DNA of 64,000 nucleotides from Clostridiales bacterium (GTDB lineage: Bacteria > Bacillota > Clostridia > Oscillospirales > CAG-272), in NCBI GenBank assembly GCA_012837425.1, contig DURE01000022.1, positions 21,067 to 85,066 on the forward strand, given 5' to 3'. Positions 9,253-19,149 of the stretch are shown in pieces. Numbering within the stretch: the first letter of the stretch is position 1; every line of letters starts with the position of its first letter. The notes beneath the pieces were generated by a model that made no database searches, was not told where the DNA came from, and was given only the letters and a program-made list of their open reading frames with translations. The translations under genes were made by a program, and so were the position numbers.

Positions 9253-9453
9253 CTATTCATTGTATTTATAGTAAAGCATACAGTGGCAGAAGCCCTCAAA
9301 TCCAGGGTCGGCCATCTGCTCGCGGAATTCGCGGCATATGCATTTTGTGTCCTCGGTCTGCTCCCTCTTGCAGGGGCAATAGCCGCCGGTACGCCTCAGG
9401 CCCTCCCGCACAACCCGGACTATATCTTTGTTGTCGTTGAGTTTAATCGGCAT
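9253..9453 (-). CDS. ferredoxin-thioredoxin reductase catalytic-subunit-like mini protein
   Basis: 66 aa from ATG 9453 (RBS GAAAGGAAGG). Its cysteine pattern CPC-x9-CIC-x15-CHC corresponds to the FTR catalytic-chain CPC...CxC...CHC arrangement. Confidence 0.65.
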   Translation of the reverse strand: MPIKLNDNKDIVRVVREGLRRTGGYCPCKREQTEDTKCICREFREQMADPGFEGFCHCMLYYKYNE

Positions 9454-9614
9454 GGCATAAGCCTTCCTTTCATGTATTATTGCCGCTCTGGCTTTGTGCG
9501 ATACGCGCCGCACCCGCCAAAACAACCTTAGTTTTGGCAATTCCTTTTTACTAATTTATGCGGTGTCGGGCTGATTATATCCTGTTTTTTATGATTTGTA
9601 TGTAACAAAGCTAC

Positions 9615-10430
9615 TTAAGCGGTTATCACGGAAACCCCTATCTCGCGCAAGCGCGAGGCGACCTCGGCGGGTATGGCGGTGTCGGTAACAATACAGTTGA
9701 TGTTCGTAATCGGCGAAAAGCTGACAAGCGGGGTTTTCCCCAGCTTTGAGGAGTCGACTAGCAGGAATTTTTGCTCGGAATTTTTGAGTGCAAGCTGATT
9801 TATCCGGGCGGTTCCGAAATCCGAGGCGAGAACTCCGGCCTCCTCGCTAAAGCCGTCGGCTCCGATAAAGCACTTTGTAAACCTTAAATTGCGCAGTAAC
9901 TCCTCGGTCAGATAACCGTAAAAATCGCGCTTGCCCTCGCGGTATTCCCCGCCGATAAGGTTTATTTTCATATAGCTCTTGAGCATTTCAAGGTTGGCGA
10001 GCGAATGTGTGAACACGGTGACGCTCGAGTATTTTTTGTGCAGCTCGTCGTAGAGGCGGGAGGAGGTGTCGCGCGCCTCGGTTATCATCCGGTTGATTTC
10101 GGCAGAGAGGGCCATGACCGTGGTACCCGAGTCAAGAAAGATAACGTCGCCGGGCTTGATGAGCTGTTCGGCGGCATGGCCTATTCGCACCTTCTCGTCG
10201 GGGTTAACCAGCCTTTTGGGCTCAAAATAGCCGCCGGATGCCAGCGAGTCGTTGTAGCATATCCCGCCATAGACCCGGATTGCCAGGCCCTCGGCCTCAA
10301 GCTGGGCAAAAAGGCGCCGTACGGTCGATTCCGACACATCAAGGACCTTCATCGCCTTTTCAATTGTCAGCTTTTTGGTGGTGCGCAGCATCTGCATAAC
10401 CGTCTGTTTTCTCAGTTCACTGTGCTTCAT
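9615..10430 (-). CDS. DeoR family transcriptional regulator
   Basis: 271 aa with an N-terminal wHTH (LTIEKAMKVLDVSESTVRRLFAQLEAEGL) and a C-terminal DeoR sugar-binding domain (IFLDSGTT..., CFIGADG). Confidence 0.85.
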   Translation of the reverse strand: MKHSELRKQTVMQMLRTTKKLTIEKAMKVLDVSESTVRRLFAQLEAEGLAIRVYGGICYNDSLASGGYFEPKRLVNPDEKVRIGHAAEQLIKPGDVIFLDSGTTVMALSAEINRMITEARDTSSRLYDELHKKYSSVTVFTHSLANLEMLKSYMKINLIGGEYREGKRDFYGYLTEELLRNLRFTKCFIGADGFSEEAGVLASDFGTARINQLALKNSEQKFLLVDSSKLGKTPLVSFSPITNINCIVTDTAIPAEVASRLREIGVSVITA

Positions 10431-10740
10431 TGTGTGCCGTCCTTTTTTGTAATCCGCAGGCCTTCCTTTGACCGGAAATGTCAGGAAAAGGCCATCGTCC
10501 TAGGCTTTATTATAGCACCGACTCTGCAGGATGTCAATATACACATGATTGTTATGACGAAATCAATCAGCCAGGCGGCGTTGCAGTAGTAGTTTTGCCC
10601 GGAATTATGACAGAATGAAAGAAAATATCATCAAATTGAGCGAGCAAACCTGCGCTGTAGCAGAGATTTTATCAAAAACAACATATAATAATGTCACTGG
10701 TTTTCTTGTGTGACAAAAGTACGGAATAATAGAGCCGGGA

Positions 10741-10760
10741 TATGATAAAATTCTATCATA
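10741..10760 (+). promoter_or_regulatory. candidate operator overlapping an extended -10 element upstream of copA
   Basis: Inverted repeat TATGATA-N6-TATCATA (10741-10760) overlaps TGaTAAAAT (10743-10751). A second inverted repeat, TGTCAC-N12-GTGACA, lies at 10692-10715. No match to the CsoR or CopY boxes I know. Confidence 0.3.
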
Positions 10761-10794
10761 CTCAAGCAATTGTACCGGAGGTTGGTGGGGCGCA

Positions 10795-13041
10795 TTGAAA
10801 AAAATCAGATACAATGTCAAGGGAATGAGTTGCGCCTCCTGCGTTGCTTATGTCGAGCGTGCCGCCGGAAAAGTGTTGGGCAAGGAAAATGTCACGGTAA
10901 GCCTTCTGACAAACACACTTACCGTAAGCGCCCCCGATGACGCCAGGGAGGATAAGCTTTATGGCTTGCTCAGCCGCGCCGTAAAGGCTGCCGGGTACTC
11001 AATAAGCCCGGCTGACGGGGCCGGCGCCGCCGAGACCAAAACCAGCCGCCAGGGGCTTTACTGGTCGGCCGGGCTGACGGCGCTCCTGATGTATGTTTCG
11101 ATGGGGAGCATGATAGGTTTGCCGACCCCGGCCGTATTTGACAAGCCGTTGGTTTTTGCCGCAGCCCAGCTTGCCCTGACCATTCCGGTGCTGGCAATAA
11201 ACTTCGGTTTTTTTAGAGACGGTTTTGCCGCGCTTTTTCGGCTTGCCCCAAATATGGACTCGCTGATCGCTCTCGGCTCGGGCGCCGCTTTTGTCTACGG
11301 GCTTTATGCCGTAATTGCCATTGTCTACGGTAGCGCCACGGGCAACCATGAGCTGGTGCACGCGCACTCGCATGATTTGTACTTTGAATCAGCGGCGGCT
11401 ATACTTACGCTGGTGACGCTCGGCAAGACGCTTGAAGGCCGCGCAAAAGACCGGGCTGCCGGCGCGGTGAGAAAGCTGGCGGGGATGATGCCCGAGTCAG
11501 CGGTTGTCGAGCACGACGGGGTCGAGGCAATCCAACCGGTGTCCGAAATTGCCGTCGGCGACATTGTCATTGTTAAGGAGGGCGACACCATTCCGGTTGA
11601 CGGCAGGATTGTCTCGGGTAGTGGAGCGGTCAACGAGTCGGCGCTCACCGGCGAGAGTCTGCCGGTTGAGAAGGGCGAGGGAGAGCGCGTCAGTGCGGTT
11701 ACCGTCCTTATCGGTGGTTATATAAAAATCCGGGCCGAGAAGGTTGGCCGGGATACGGCGCTCTACCGCATTATCAGCCTGCTTGAGGAGGCCGCCGCGT
11801 CACGAGCGCCGATCTCACGGCTGGCCGATAAGGTAAGCGCGGTTTTTGTGCCGATAGTAATCGGGATAGCCATAGTTACCGCGGTGGTCTGGCTGGCTAC
11901 CGGGGCGGGTATAGGTCCGGCGCTGCGCTCGGCGGTGTCGGTGCTGGTGATATCCTGTCCCTGCGCGCTCGGGCTTGCCACGCCGACCGCCATAATGGTG
12001 GGGACCGGCCGGGGAGCCGAGTTAGGTATTCTCATTAAGAGTGCCGAGGCGCTTGAGAGGCTGCATTCGGTCAGATACTTTTTCACTGATAAGACCGGAA
12101 CGCTGACCGAGGGCCGGCCTGAAGTAACAGATATAATTTCCTTCGGAACAACCGAGGAGGAAGTATTGAAGTGGGCATATGCCGCCGAGTCGCTCTCCTC
12201 TCACCCGCTGGCCGGCGCGGTCTGCCGGATGGCCGAGAGCAGAAGGGTTGAGAGGCCAGATGCCCGGGACTACCGGGCTGCACGCGGAAAAGGAATCAGT
12301 GTCGACACTGACGAAGGTAGGGTTTATGTCGGCAAGCCCGAATACCTTGCCGAAAACGGGCTGACCGACACCGGCGGCGAGGTGACAGGGCGGCTCGAAG
12401 AGCTCGAGAGCCAGGGCAAGACTGCGGTCTGCGTGGCGCTGGGAGGCAGGACAATCGGAGTTGTCGGGATAGCAGACAAGCTCAGGGCAGACAGCGCCGA
12501 GGCGGTCGCCGAACTGCGGGCGCGGGACATTTGGGCCATAATGCTGACCGGCGACAATGAGAGGACCGCCGGAGCGATTGCCCGAATGTGCGGAATCGAG
12601 GAATACTATGCGGGGCTTATGCCCGAGGACAAGGAGCGGATAATCCGAGAGCGCTCAAAGCTTGGCGTCACCGCGATGGCGGGAGACGGCATCAATGACT
12701 CACCAGCGCTGGCGGCAGCCGATATAGGGATTGCGGTCGGGGCCGGGACCGAGGTCGCTATTGACTGTGCCGACGTGGTGCTCTCCGAAAACTCGCTTTG
12801 CGACGCTGTCACCGCGATAAGCCTGTCGTCGGCGACAATGAAAAACATCCGCGAAAACCTGTTCTGGGCGTTCATGTACAACACTGTCTGCATCCCTGTG
12901 GCGGCGGGGGTTCTGTACCCGGTGCTCGGTATCACCCTGTCGCCCATGATTGCGGCGGCGGCGATGAGCTTCTCCTCGCTCTGTGTTGTGCTCAACTCGC
13001 TGCGGCTGCGCAGGATGAAAATTTACACAAGGAAAAAATAA
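10795..13041 (+). CDS. copA: copper-translocating P1B-type ATPase
   Basis: 748 aa with a TTG start. N-terminal HMA domain (GMSCASCV), CPC transmembrane motif ([11 protein letters not shown]), phosphorylation site DKTGTLT, and a [10 protein letters not shown] hinge. Confidence 0.95.
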   Translation: MKKIRYNVKGMSCASCVAYVERAAGKVLGKENVTVSLLTNTLTVSAPDDAREDKLYGLLSRAVKAAGYSISPADGAGAAETKTSRQGLYWSAGLTALLMYVSMGSMIGLPTPAVFDKPLVFAAAQLALTIPVLAINFGFFRDGFAALFRLAPNMDSLIALGSGAAFVYGLYAVIAIVYGSATGNHELVHAHSHDLYFESAAAILTLVTLGKTLEGRAKDRAAGAVRKLAGMMPESAVVEHDGVEAIQPVSEIAVGDIVIVKEGDTIPVDGRIVSGSGAVNESALTGESLPVEKGEGERVSAVTVLIGGYIKIRAEKVGRDTALYRIISLLEEAAASRAPISRLADKVSAVFVPIVIGIAIVTAVVWLATGAGIGPALRSAVSVLVISCPCALGLATPTAIMVGTGRGAELGILIKSAEALERLHSVRYFFTDKTGTLTEGRPEVTDIISFGTTEEEVLKWAYAAESLSSHPLAGAVCRMAESRRVERPDARDYRAARGKGISVDTDEGRVYVGKPEYLAENGLTDTGGEVTGRLEELESQGKTAVCVALGGRTIGVVGIADKLRADSAEAVAELRARDIWAIMLTGDNERTAGAIARMCGIEEYYAGLMPEDKERIIRERSKLGVTAMAGDGINDSPALAAADIGIAVGAGTEVAIDCADVVLSENSLCDAVTAISLSSATMKNIRENLFWAFMYNTVCIPVAAGVLYPVLGITLSPMIAAAAMSFSSLCVVLNSLRLRRMKIYTRKK

Positions 13042-13076
13042 GCCGGCAAAGCCCGGCATAAAACGGAGGGACAAAT

Positions 13077-13292
13077 ATGTTCGGCAAAACTGTTGAATAC
13101 GAATTTGCGGTCGGCGGCATGAGTTGCGGTCACTGCGAGGCAAGTGTGGAGCGGGCGCTGCGCGGAGTAAAGGGGGTAAAGAGCGCTGTTGTCGACCTTG
13201 AGGGCGGCTTGGTGAAGGTGACCGCAAAGGTCTCAGTTGACTCCGAGAGCCTCAGGCAGGCGGTAAGGGACGCGGGGTATGATGTAAACTGA
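13077..13292 (+). CDS. copZ: copper chaperone, HMA domain protein
   Basis: 71 aa with the GMSCGHCEASVERAL metal-binding motif, immediately downstream of copA. Confidence 0.85.
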   Translation: MFGKTVEYEFAVGGMSCGHCEASVERALRGVKGVKSAVVDLEGGLVKVTAKVSVDSESLRQAVRDAGYDVN

Positions 13293-13430
13293 GACCATCG
13301 GCGGCCGGCAGGGTGCTGTGTTGAAATATTTTTTTTGAAGGTATGGAAATTGCACCCGGAATGAGGTATAATGATTACAGGGGTAGGCGGCTACACGAGA
13401 AAAAGAAAACCGGTATGAAGGGACAGGTAT

Positions 13431-14306
13431 ATGGACGGCAGATTCAAGGGTATTTTCCCGGCGCTGCTCACGCCCTTTGACAGGGACGACAACATAAACA
13501 AGCAGGCGCTGGCGCAGCTTATTGAGCGGAACATCAGGGCCGGAGTCAGCGGCTTTTATGTCGCGGGCAGCACCGCCGAGGTCTTCATGTTGACCGAGAG
13601 CGAGCGGTATCAGGTATATGAAACGGTGGCCGAGGTCGCGGGGGGCAGGGTCAGGCTTATCGCGCACATCGGGGCCATATCGACCAAACAGGCGGTTGAA
13701 TACGGCAGGCTTGCCGGCTCGCTCGGGTATGACGCGGTCTCGGCAGTGCCCCCGTTCTATTATAAATTCACCAAAGAGCAGATAAGGCGCCACTACTTCA
13801 CCATAGCCAGCGAGGTCGGGCTGCCGGTGCTGCTTTACAATTTCCCGGACAACTCGGGTGTGAGTTTTGGCTTTGAGGATTTTGCAGGCTTTCTTAAAAA
13901 CCCCGAATTTATTGGACTCAAGCACACCTCAAGCGACTACTTTATGCTGCAGCGCATAAAGGAGGCCTTCCCCGACAAGCTTGTCTACAACGGGTATGAC
14001 GAGATGTTTATTTGCGGCCTTGCAACCGGCTGCGACGGCGGGGTCGGGAGTACATACAACTTCATGGCCGACAAGTTCATCAGAATGATGGAGAAATACC
14101 AAAAGGGCGACACCGCCGGGGCATATACCGAGCAGCGGGTTGTAAACCGCATTATCGGAACGCTGAAAAAGGTCGGGGTCATGGAGGGCACAAAAGAGCT
14201 GCTCTGCCAGCTCGGCATTGACTGCGGGCGGGCGCGCAGTCCCTACTCGGTGCTCGGAGAGCAGGAGCGCAGGTTTATTGCCGCGGAGGTTCTGCCGCTG
14301 CTTTGA
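13431..14306 (+). CDS. nanA: N-acetylneuraminate lyase (DapA/NanA family)
   Basis: 291 aa, collinear by eye with E. coli NanA: ALLTPFD, GSTAE, LIAHIG, DAVSAVPPFYY, LYNFP, Schiff-base Lys in GLKHTSSD, LVYNGYDEMF and GGVGSTYNFM. Confidence 0.8.
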   Translation: MDGRFKGIFPALLTPFDRDDNINKQALAQLIERNIRAGVSGFYVAGSTAEVFMLTESERYQVYETVAEVAGGRVRLIAHIGAISTKQAVEYGRLAGSLGYDAVSAVPPFYYKFTKEQIRRHYFTIASEVGLPVLLYNFPDNSGVSFGFEDFAGFLKNPEFIGLKHTSSDYFMLQRIKEAFPDKLVYNGYDEMFICGLATGCDGGVGSTYNFMADKFIRMMEKYQKGDTAGAYTEQRVVNRIIGTLKKVGVMEGTKELLCQLGIDCGRARSPYSVLGEQERRFIAAEVLPLL

Positions 14307-14382
14307 TTTTGCCGGGCACAATGCGTTTCATTAAAGCCCCACCGGCGGAGATATTAATTTAAGCATACAGAGGAGTGATAAC

Positions 14383-14571
14383 ATGAAAGCATCTATTGAC
14401 CGTGAGGGCTGCATTGCCTGCGGGCTCTGCGCCGAAATCTGTCCCGAGGTCTTCCGCATGGCCGACGACGGGTTGGCCGAGGTTTATGTCGACACGGTGC
14501 CAAAGGAGGCCGAGAATAGCGCAGTTGAGGCTCAGGACAGCTGTCCGGTGTCGGTTATCAAGGTAGAATAA
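14383..14571 (+). CDS. small single-cluster ferredoxin
   Basis: 62 aa with CIACGLCAEICP and a distal CP (DSCPVSVI), as in mono-cluster 4Fe-4S/3Fe-4S ferredoxins. Confidence 0.8.
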   Translation: MKASIDREGCIACGLCAEICPEVFRMADDGLAEVYVDTVPKEAENSAVEAQDSCPVSVIKVE

Positions 14572-14582
14572 GAATAAGCGCT

Positions 14583-14615
14583 AAAAAACAAAGGAAGGGC
14601 CCTTCCTCTGTTTTT
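14583..14615. terminator. bidirectional terminator between the ferredoxin and AraC genes
   Basis: Palindrome AGGAAGGGCCCTTCCT (14592-14607), flanked by an A6 run on the left and a T5 run on the right. Confidence 0.6.
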
Positions 14616-14616
14616 C

Positions 14617-15480
14617 TTATGTCTGTCGGTTTTTGCTCAGCTTGCGGTACTCAAGCGGTGTCAGGCCGACAATCTGTTTGAAAATCCTGTGGAAAAATGC
14701 GGTGTTCGAGTATCCGACCAGCCGGCAGATTTCCTCAACCGGCAGCTCGGTGTCGCAGAGCAGGGCACAGCTGTTGGTGACCCGCACCTTCTGCAGATAT
14801 TCCGAGAAATTCATGCCGGTGCCGGCTTTGAAGCACTTGCTGACATAGGGCAACGAGTAGTTTATGCTGCGGCAGAGCTCGGACAAACTGAGCTGCTGCG
14901 CATAATTGCACTCGATTTGATCTGCAAGCCAGCCGACAAATTCGCGTTGAGGCCGCGCCGGCAGCGGCTTTATGACGCTCTGCAGCATCGGTATGAGCAC
15001 CGACAAAAGCTCCGCGCGGATATACTCCTTGAAGCCGGGGCGCCCGGTGCGCCAGGCTTCAAGCATCCTTGTAAACTTGGTTCTTATTTCGCCGTCGTTG
15101 TCGTGAAAAACCATTCCCGCAGGGTTTTTGGTGAGCTGCGACGGGTTGAAGTTGAGCAGCCGGTGGCGCATGAGCGTCTGAAAAGTGTCATCAGGCCGCG
15201 CGCCGGTGTCAATCAGGCGGGGAGAGAAGAGGACATTTATAATAGGCAGCTCACGCTCCGAGGCCCGGCGGTATTCGTGGTCCTGCCCGATGTCAATAAG
15301 AAAATAATCACCTGAGCTGATTATGTAATGGCTGCCGCAAATTATCTGTTCGGCCCGGCCGCCCAGCACGTAGACCATCTCAAAATAGTCGTGCGTGTGT
15401 GGCTCAACAACCGCGCCGTAGCCGGTTGTGACCATTACCAGGTGTTTGTTGTGCAGGTCGGCCTTAAAATACTTCTTCAT
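14617..15480 (-). CDS. AraC family transcriptional regulator with an N-terminal cupin domain
   Basis: 287 aa with a cupin-like N-terminus (HTHDYFEMVYVLGG) and a C-terminal double HTH (LSLSELCRSINYSLPYVSKCFK..., VGYSNTAFFHRIFKQIVGLTPLEYR). Confidence 0.88.
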   Translation of the reverse strand: MKKYFKADLHNKHLVMVTTGYGAVVEPHTHDYFEMVYVLGGRAEQIICGSHYIISSGDYFLIDIGQDHEYRRASERELPIINVLFSPRLIDTGARPDDTFQTLMRHRLLNFNPSQLTKNPAGMVFHDNDGEIRTKFTRMLEAWRTGRPGFKEYIRAELLSVLIPMLQSVIKPLPARPQREFVGWLADQIECNYAQQLSLSELCRSINYSLPYVSKCFKAGTGMNFSEYLQKVRVTNSCALLCDTELPVEEICRLVGYSNTAFFHRIFKQIVGLTPLEYRKLSKNRQT

Positions 15481-15751
15481 TTTTGTTCCATGTTAAAATC
15501 GGTTGTTAATAGATTAAAATACAGTCTTGTCAAACGTTTCAATCCGAAACTATAATTATATATGGATAAGGGGCTTATGACAGGAGATTTCTTCTGCGTT
15601 GTGGTGGTTTCCGAATTATGTCGTCCAAGGTCGCTCAAACATATTATAGCATAACCACCAAAAAAGTCAAGCCGGGTGCATAAAATGACAGAAAATTTAG
15701 GTTATTCATCATACAGCCGGCATAATACTGATTAAGATGGGGGAGTACGTG

Positions 15752-17221
15752 ATGAAGAGGTTTTTTTGCTTTGCTGTTGCAGCGCTGTTGCTGTTTGCCA
15801 CCGTGGCCTGCGTGAGGCCGCCCGAGGATGAGAAGGTTAACGGTACCACGACCGCCGCACTCGAGAGCACAACCGGGCCCGAAGAAACCGAGTTTCGGGC
15901 TTTCGACACGGTTGAGCGGGCAGATTACAACGGATACACCTTCCGCATACTCTACCCTCAGGCCGACCAGTGCTATACCGATTTCTTTGCCCCGGAGCTC
16001 AACGGCGCGATAACCAATGACGCCATTTTCGGGCGCAACCTGATGGTGCAGGATGCGCTCGGCATAGAGATCGATATAAAGTGGCAGAGCTACACTCAGG
16101 TCAACACCGACCTGCAGACCCAGGTGACCTCCGGACTTGCCGACTACGATATGTACGGCGGCCACCGGACCTCGCTGGCCTTGAGCTACGGCGGGTATCT
16201 TTACGACTTTTATGATATGAGCGAGCTTAACCTTGAGGGCGAATGGTGGGACCCGGCCTGGGTGAAGACCATGTCGTACGACGGCTCGATTTACACGCTG
16301 GTCGGGGACATCAGCATATCCAGCCTGCTCTTTGTGTCCTCGCTCTGTTTTAACAAGCAGCTCTTTGAGGACAACAACCTAGAATACCCCTATGAGCTGG
16401 TGCACAGCAAAAAGTGGACATACGAGGTGCTGTACAACACAATAAAGGACTACGGCAACGACCTCAACGGCGACGGGAAGATGACCTATAACCAGGACAG
16501 ATACGGGATTGTCGGCTGGGGCACCGAGGCCGGCTACTCGCTCTTTTACGCCTCGGGGTTTACCTTTGTTTCAAAAACCCTGGACGATAAATTTGAGATT
16601 AACGTCAATGCCGAACGCCTGAACTCGATCATGGACCGGGTATTTGAAATCTGGACCACCAGCGGCTCATATTTCAACAACTCGGGCACCACCGCCGAGC
16701 ACCCCTACCCCTTCTCGGTATTTACAGACAACCGCGCGCTCTTCTGCGACTCGGTGCTCTCAAAGATTGGCACCTTCCTCACCGGCATGGAGTCGGACTA
16801 CGGTATTCTGCCGCAACCGATGTTTGACGAGTTTCAGGAGAACTATTATTCCTACACCGGATACACCATACCGGTCACAATGGTGCCGGCCAACTGCCCT
16901 GACCCCGAGCGCACCGGTCGGATTATTGAGGCCTTCTGCACCGCCTCGTACGACGAGGTGACCCCTGATATGTACGAGATTGTCACCGCGGTGAAGAACG
17001 CGCGCGACGCCGAGTCGAGCGAGATGATAGAGATTATCATCCGCAACAAGTTCTTCGACCCGGCGCACTGGTATGTCATTCAGGGCTACGGGACCTTATC
17101 GCGAGACATCATAGCCAGCGGGAACAACAACATTGCCTCAAGGCTCAAGACAATTGAAAAGGTGGCGCAGAAGAACCTTGACACCATAACCACTGCCTTT
17201 GAGGAGCTGAAGCAAAAATAA
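15752..17221 (+). CDS. extracellular solute-binding lipoprotein (ABC-type sugar SBP), with no adjacent permease genes
   Basis: Start at ATG 15752 (RBS GGGGGAG). Signal peptide with lipobox LLFATVAC. The roughly 490-aa size and composition are typical of large family-1 SBPs. Confidence 0.7.
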   Translation: MKRFFCFAVAALLLFATVACVRPPEDEKVNGTTTAALESTTGPEETEFRAFDTVERADYNGYTFRILYPQADQCYTDFFAPELNGAITNDAIFGRNLMVQDALGIEIDIKWQSYTQVNTDLQTQVTSGLADYDMYGGHRTSLALSYGGYLYDFYDMSELNLEGEWWDPAWVKTMSYDGSIYTLVGDISISSLLFVSSLCFNKQLFEDNNLEYPYELVHSKKWTYEVLYNTIKDYGNDLNGDGKMTYNQDRYGIVGWGTEAGYSLFYASGFTFVSKTLDDKFEINVNAERLNSIMDRVFEIWTTSGSYFNNSGTTAEHPYPFSVFTDNRALFCDSVLSKIGTFLTGMESDYGILPQPMFDEFQENYYSYTGYTIPVTMVPANCPDPERTGRIIEAFCTASYDEVTPDMYEIVTAVKNARDAESSEMIEIIIRNKFFDPAHWYVIQGYGTLSRDIIASGNNNIASRLKTIEKVAQKNLDTITTAFEELKQK

Positions 17222-17227
17222 CAAACT

Positions 17228-17257
17228 AAAAAGAGGCTCTCAACGGGAGCCTTTTTT
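17228..17257 (+). terminator. rho-independent terminator after the SBP gene
   Basis: AGGCTC/GAGCCT stem followed by T6. Confidence 0.7.
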
Positions 17258-17339
17258 AGTTTAATCACGGGGAACTATTGAATTATCTCGTCCGCTTATG
17301 TTATACTAAACTCAAAATATATTATCAGGCGGTTTATAT

Positions 17340-18206
17340 ATGGCATATGTAAGTACGGCAGATATGCTCACGCGGGCGCTTGAGGGCGGGTATGCCGTCG
17401 GCGCGTTTAATATTGAAAACATGGAGACGGCGATGGCAACTGTCGCCGCCGCCGAGGAGCTGAGGTCCCCGGTTATTCTGCAGACTACGCCCTCGACCGT
17501 AAAATATGCGGGACTCGGGATGCTGCGGGCAATCGGCTTTGCGGCGGCGGCCCACGCCACAGTTCCGGTGGCGCTGCACCTTGACCACGGTGATAGCTAT
17601 GAGCTGGCCGCCTCGGCTATTGAGGCGGGGTATTCCTCGGTTATGATAGACGGCTCCAGTCTTAGCCTTGATGAGAACATCTCGCTCACCCGCCGTGTGG
17701 TGAGTGCTGCCCGGCAGGCCGGCATTCCGGTCGAGGCTGAGCTCGGGCGGGTGGGCGGCAAGGAGGACAGTTATGACGGAGGCGAGGGCGGTTATACCGA
17801 TCCGGCCGACGCGGTGGAATTTGTACGGGCGACCGGCGTCGGCTCGCTTGCCGTGAGTATAGGAACGGCACACGGGTTCTACAAATCGGCGCCAAAGCTC
17901 GATGTCGAGCGGCTGCATGAAATAAAAAAGCGGCTGGTGGCCGCCGGGCTTGACCTGCCGCTGGTGCTGCACGGCGCCTCGGGACTGTCGGACGACGCTA
18001 TAAGGGAGTGCATCGCCGGGGGGATATGCAAGGTAAACTTTGCGACAGAACTCCGCGGGGCCTACACCGCCGGGGTAAGACAGGCCCTAGATGACCCGGC
18101 GGTATATGACCCGAAAAAGTTTGGCAGGGCCGGCATGGAGAGGCTGAAAGAGTCGGTTAGGGCCAAAATCCATGTCTGCGGCTGCACCGGGCGGGCCGAG
18201 GGCTGA
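17340..18206 (+). CDS. fba: class II ketose-bisphosphate aldolase (fructose/tagatose-1,6-bisphosphate aldolase family)
   Basis: 288 aa with GYAVGAFNIENMET, SPVILQTTPS, LHLDHG, EAELG, HG..K and LVLHGASG, collinear with B. subtilis FbaA. Substrate specificity is not determinable by eye. Confidence 0.85.
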   Translation: MAYVSTADMLTRALEGGYAVGAFNIENMETAMATVAAAEELRSPVILQTTPSTVKYAGLGMLRAIGFAAAAHATVPVALHLDHGDSYELAASAIEAGYSSVMIDGSSLSLDENISLTRRVVSAARQAGIPVEAELGRVGGKEDSYDGGEGGYTDPADAVEFVRATGVGSLAVSIGTAHGFYKSAPKLDVERLHEIKKRLVAAGLDLPLVLHGASGLSDDAIRECIAGGICKVNFATELRGAYTAGVRQALDDPAVYDPKKFGRAGMERLKESVRAKIHVCGCTGRAEG

Positions 18207-18246
18207 CGCCGGGCGGCTGAAACTGAGACGCCCGGCGGAATTTTTA
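18207..18246 (+). terminator. rho-independent terminator after the aldolase gene
   Basis: CGCCGGGCG (18207-18215) pairs with CGCCCGGCG (18229-18237) and is followed by GAATTTTT. Confidence 0.7.
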
Positions 18247-18249
18247 GGC

Positions 18250-19116
18250 TTACTGCATGGCCTCTGCCATCAGCTCGGCCATTCTTTTGAGGTTGTCGAT
18301 ATAGTCTGCAGCCAGCGGGGAGAGCCTGATGGTCGCGCCCCCTATTTCCTCGGCAAAGGCGGCCGCCTGACTGCTGTCTATCTCCTCCTGATAGAATATC
18401 ACCTTGATGTTTTCGGCGCGGGCAAGCTCAACCATCTCGCCAAGGCGCTTTGCCGTCGCTTCCTTGCCCTCGTCCTCAAGCGCGTACATAATTATCCCGT
18501 AGTCTTCGGCAAGATACCCGAAGGCCGGGTGATACACTATTATTTTCGGGTTTTTAACGTCCGCGAGGGCTGAAGCTATTGTAGTGTCAAGCTCGTCAAG
18601 CCGGCTCATATATGCGGCGGCGTTGTCTTTGTAGGTCTTCTCATTTGCCGGGTCAAGCAGGCTCAGCTCGCGCGCGATGACTTCAACCATCACCTTCACG
18701 CGTCTCGGAGAGAGCCAGATGTGCGGGTCGCGCTCGCCCGAGGGAAAGCTGCGCTCGGGGTAAACCGCGGCCACCTCCTCATGAAGCGCCACAATTTTTA
18801 CATTCTCGGGCACATGCGGCAATATACCGGTCTCGGCGGGAACGCCTATGGAAAAATAAAGTGCGGCGCGCTCAAAGCTCATCATGTCGGAAGGCGTCGG
18901 CTCGTAGTTTTCAGGGCTGTATCCCGGCGGGATAAGCGTGATTAGCTCGGCAAGCTCACCGGCGACCGCCCGGACAAAGGTTGCCTCGGGCAGGATGCTC
19001 ACGGCAATAGTTGGCCTGCCGTCGTCGGTCTGATTTTTTTCGCAGGACGCCAAAAGGGGCATAATTGCAAGAAAGGCCGCAAATACCGCGGCGACAATAC
19101 GTCTTGTGTTTTTCAT
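18250..19116 (-). CDS. metal-binding lipoprotein, ZnuA/TroA/PsaA-type ABC substrate-binding protein (orphan)
   Basis: 288 aa with lipobox LLASC. Motifs DPHIWLSP and HPAFGYL are typical of cluster A-I metal SBPs. RBS AAGGAG. A 33-nt gap separates it from zupT, with no terminator between. Confidence 0.8.
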   Translation of the reverse strand: MKNTRRIVAAVFAAFLAIMPLLASCEKNQTDDGRPTIAVSILPEATFVRAVAGELAELITLIPPGYSPENYEPTPSDMMSFERAALYFSIGVPAETGILPHVPENVKIVALHEEVAAVYPERSFPSGERDPHIWLSPRRVKVMVEVIARELSLLDPANEKTYKDNAAAYMSRLDELDTTIASALADVKNPKIIVYHPAFGYLAEDYGIIMYALEDEGKEATAKRLGEMVELARAENIKVIFYQEEIDSSQAAAFAEEIGGATIRLSPLAADYIDNLKRMAELMAEAMQ

Positions 19117-19149
19117 ACAGACTCCTTGTTTTTATACGAACAGCGGAAA

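Noticed and set aside
8775-9260. A longer 161-aa thioredoxin starting at ATG 9260 and overlapping the FTR-like gene's stop.
   Set aside because: This is not excluded. However, it has no Shine-Dalgarno sequence, the added 54 aa are low-complexity, and the 9098 start has an RBS and gives a canonical 107-aa thioredoxin. It is kept as an alternative in the feature evidence.
10005-10589. A 194-aa ORF antisense to the DeoR regulator gene.
   Set aside because: It has no RBS and a low-complexity, GC-driven composition. The opposite strand has a clear DeoR HTH plus sugar-binding domain.
17334-17972. A 212-aa ORF antisense to the class II aldolase gene.
   Set aside because: It lies opposite a confidently recognised conserved enzyme, and its Arg/Pro/Gly-rich composition is typical of a shadow ORF.
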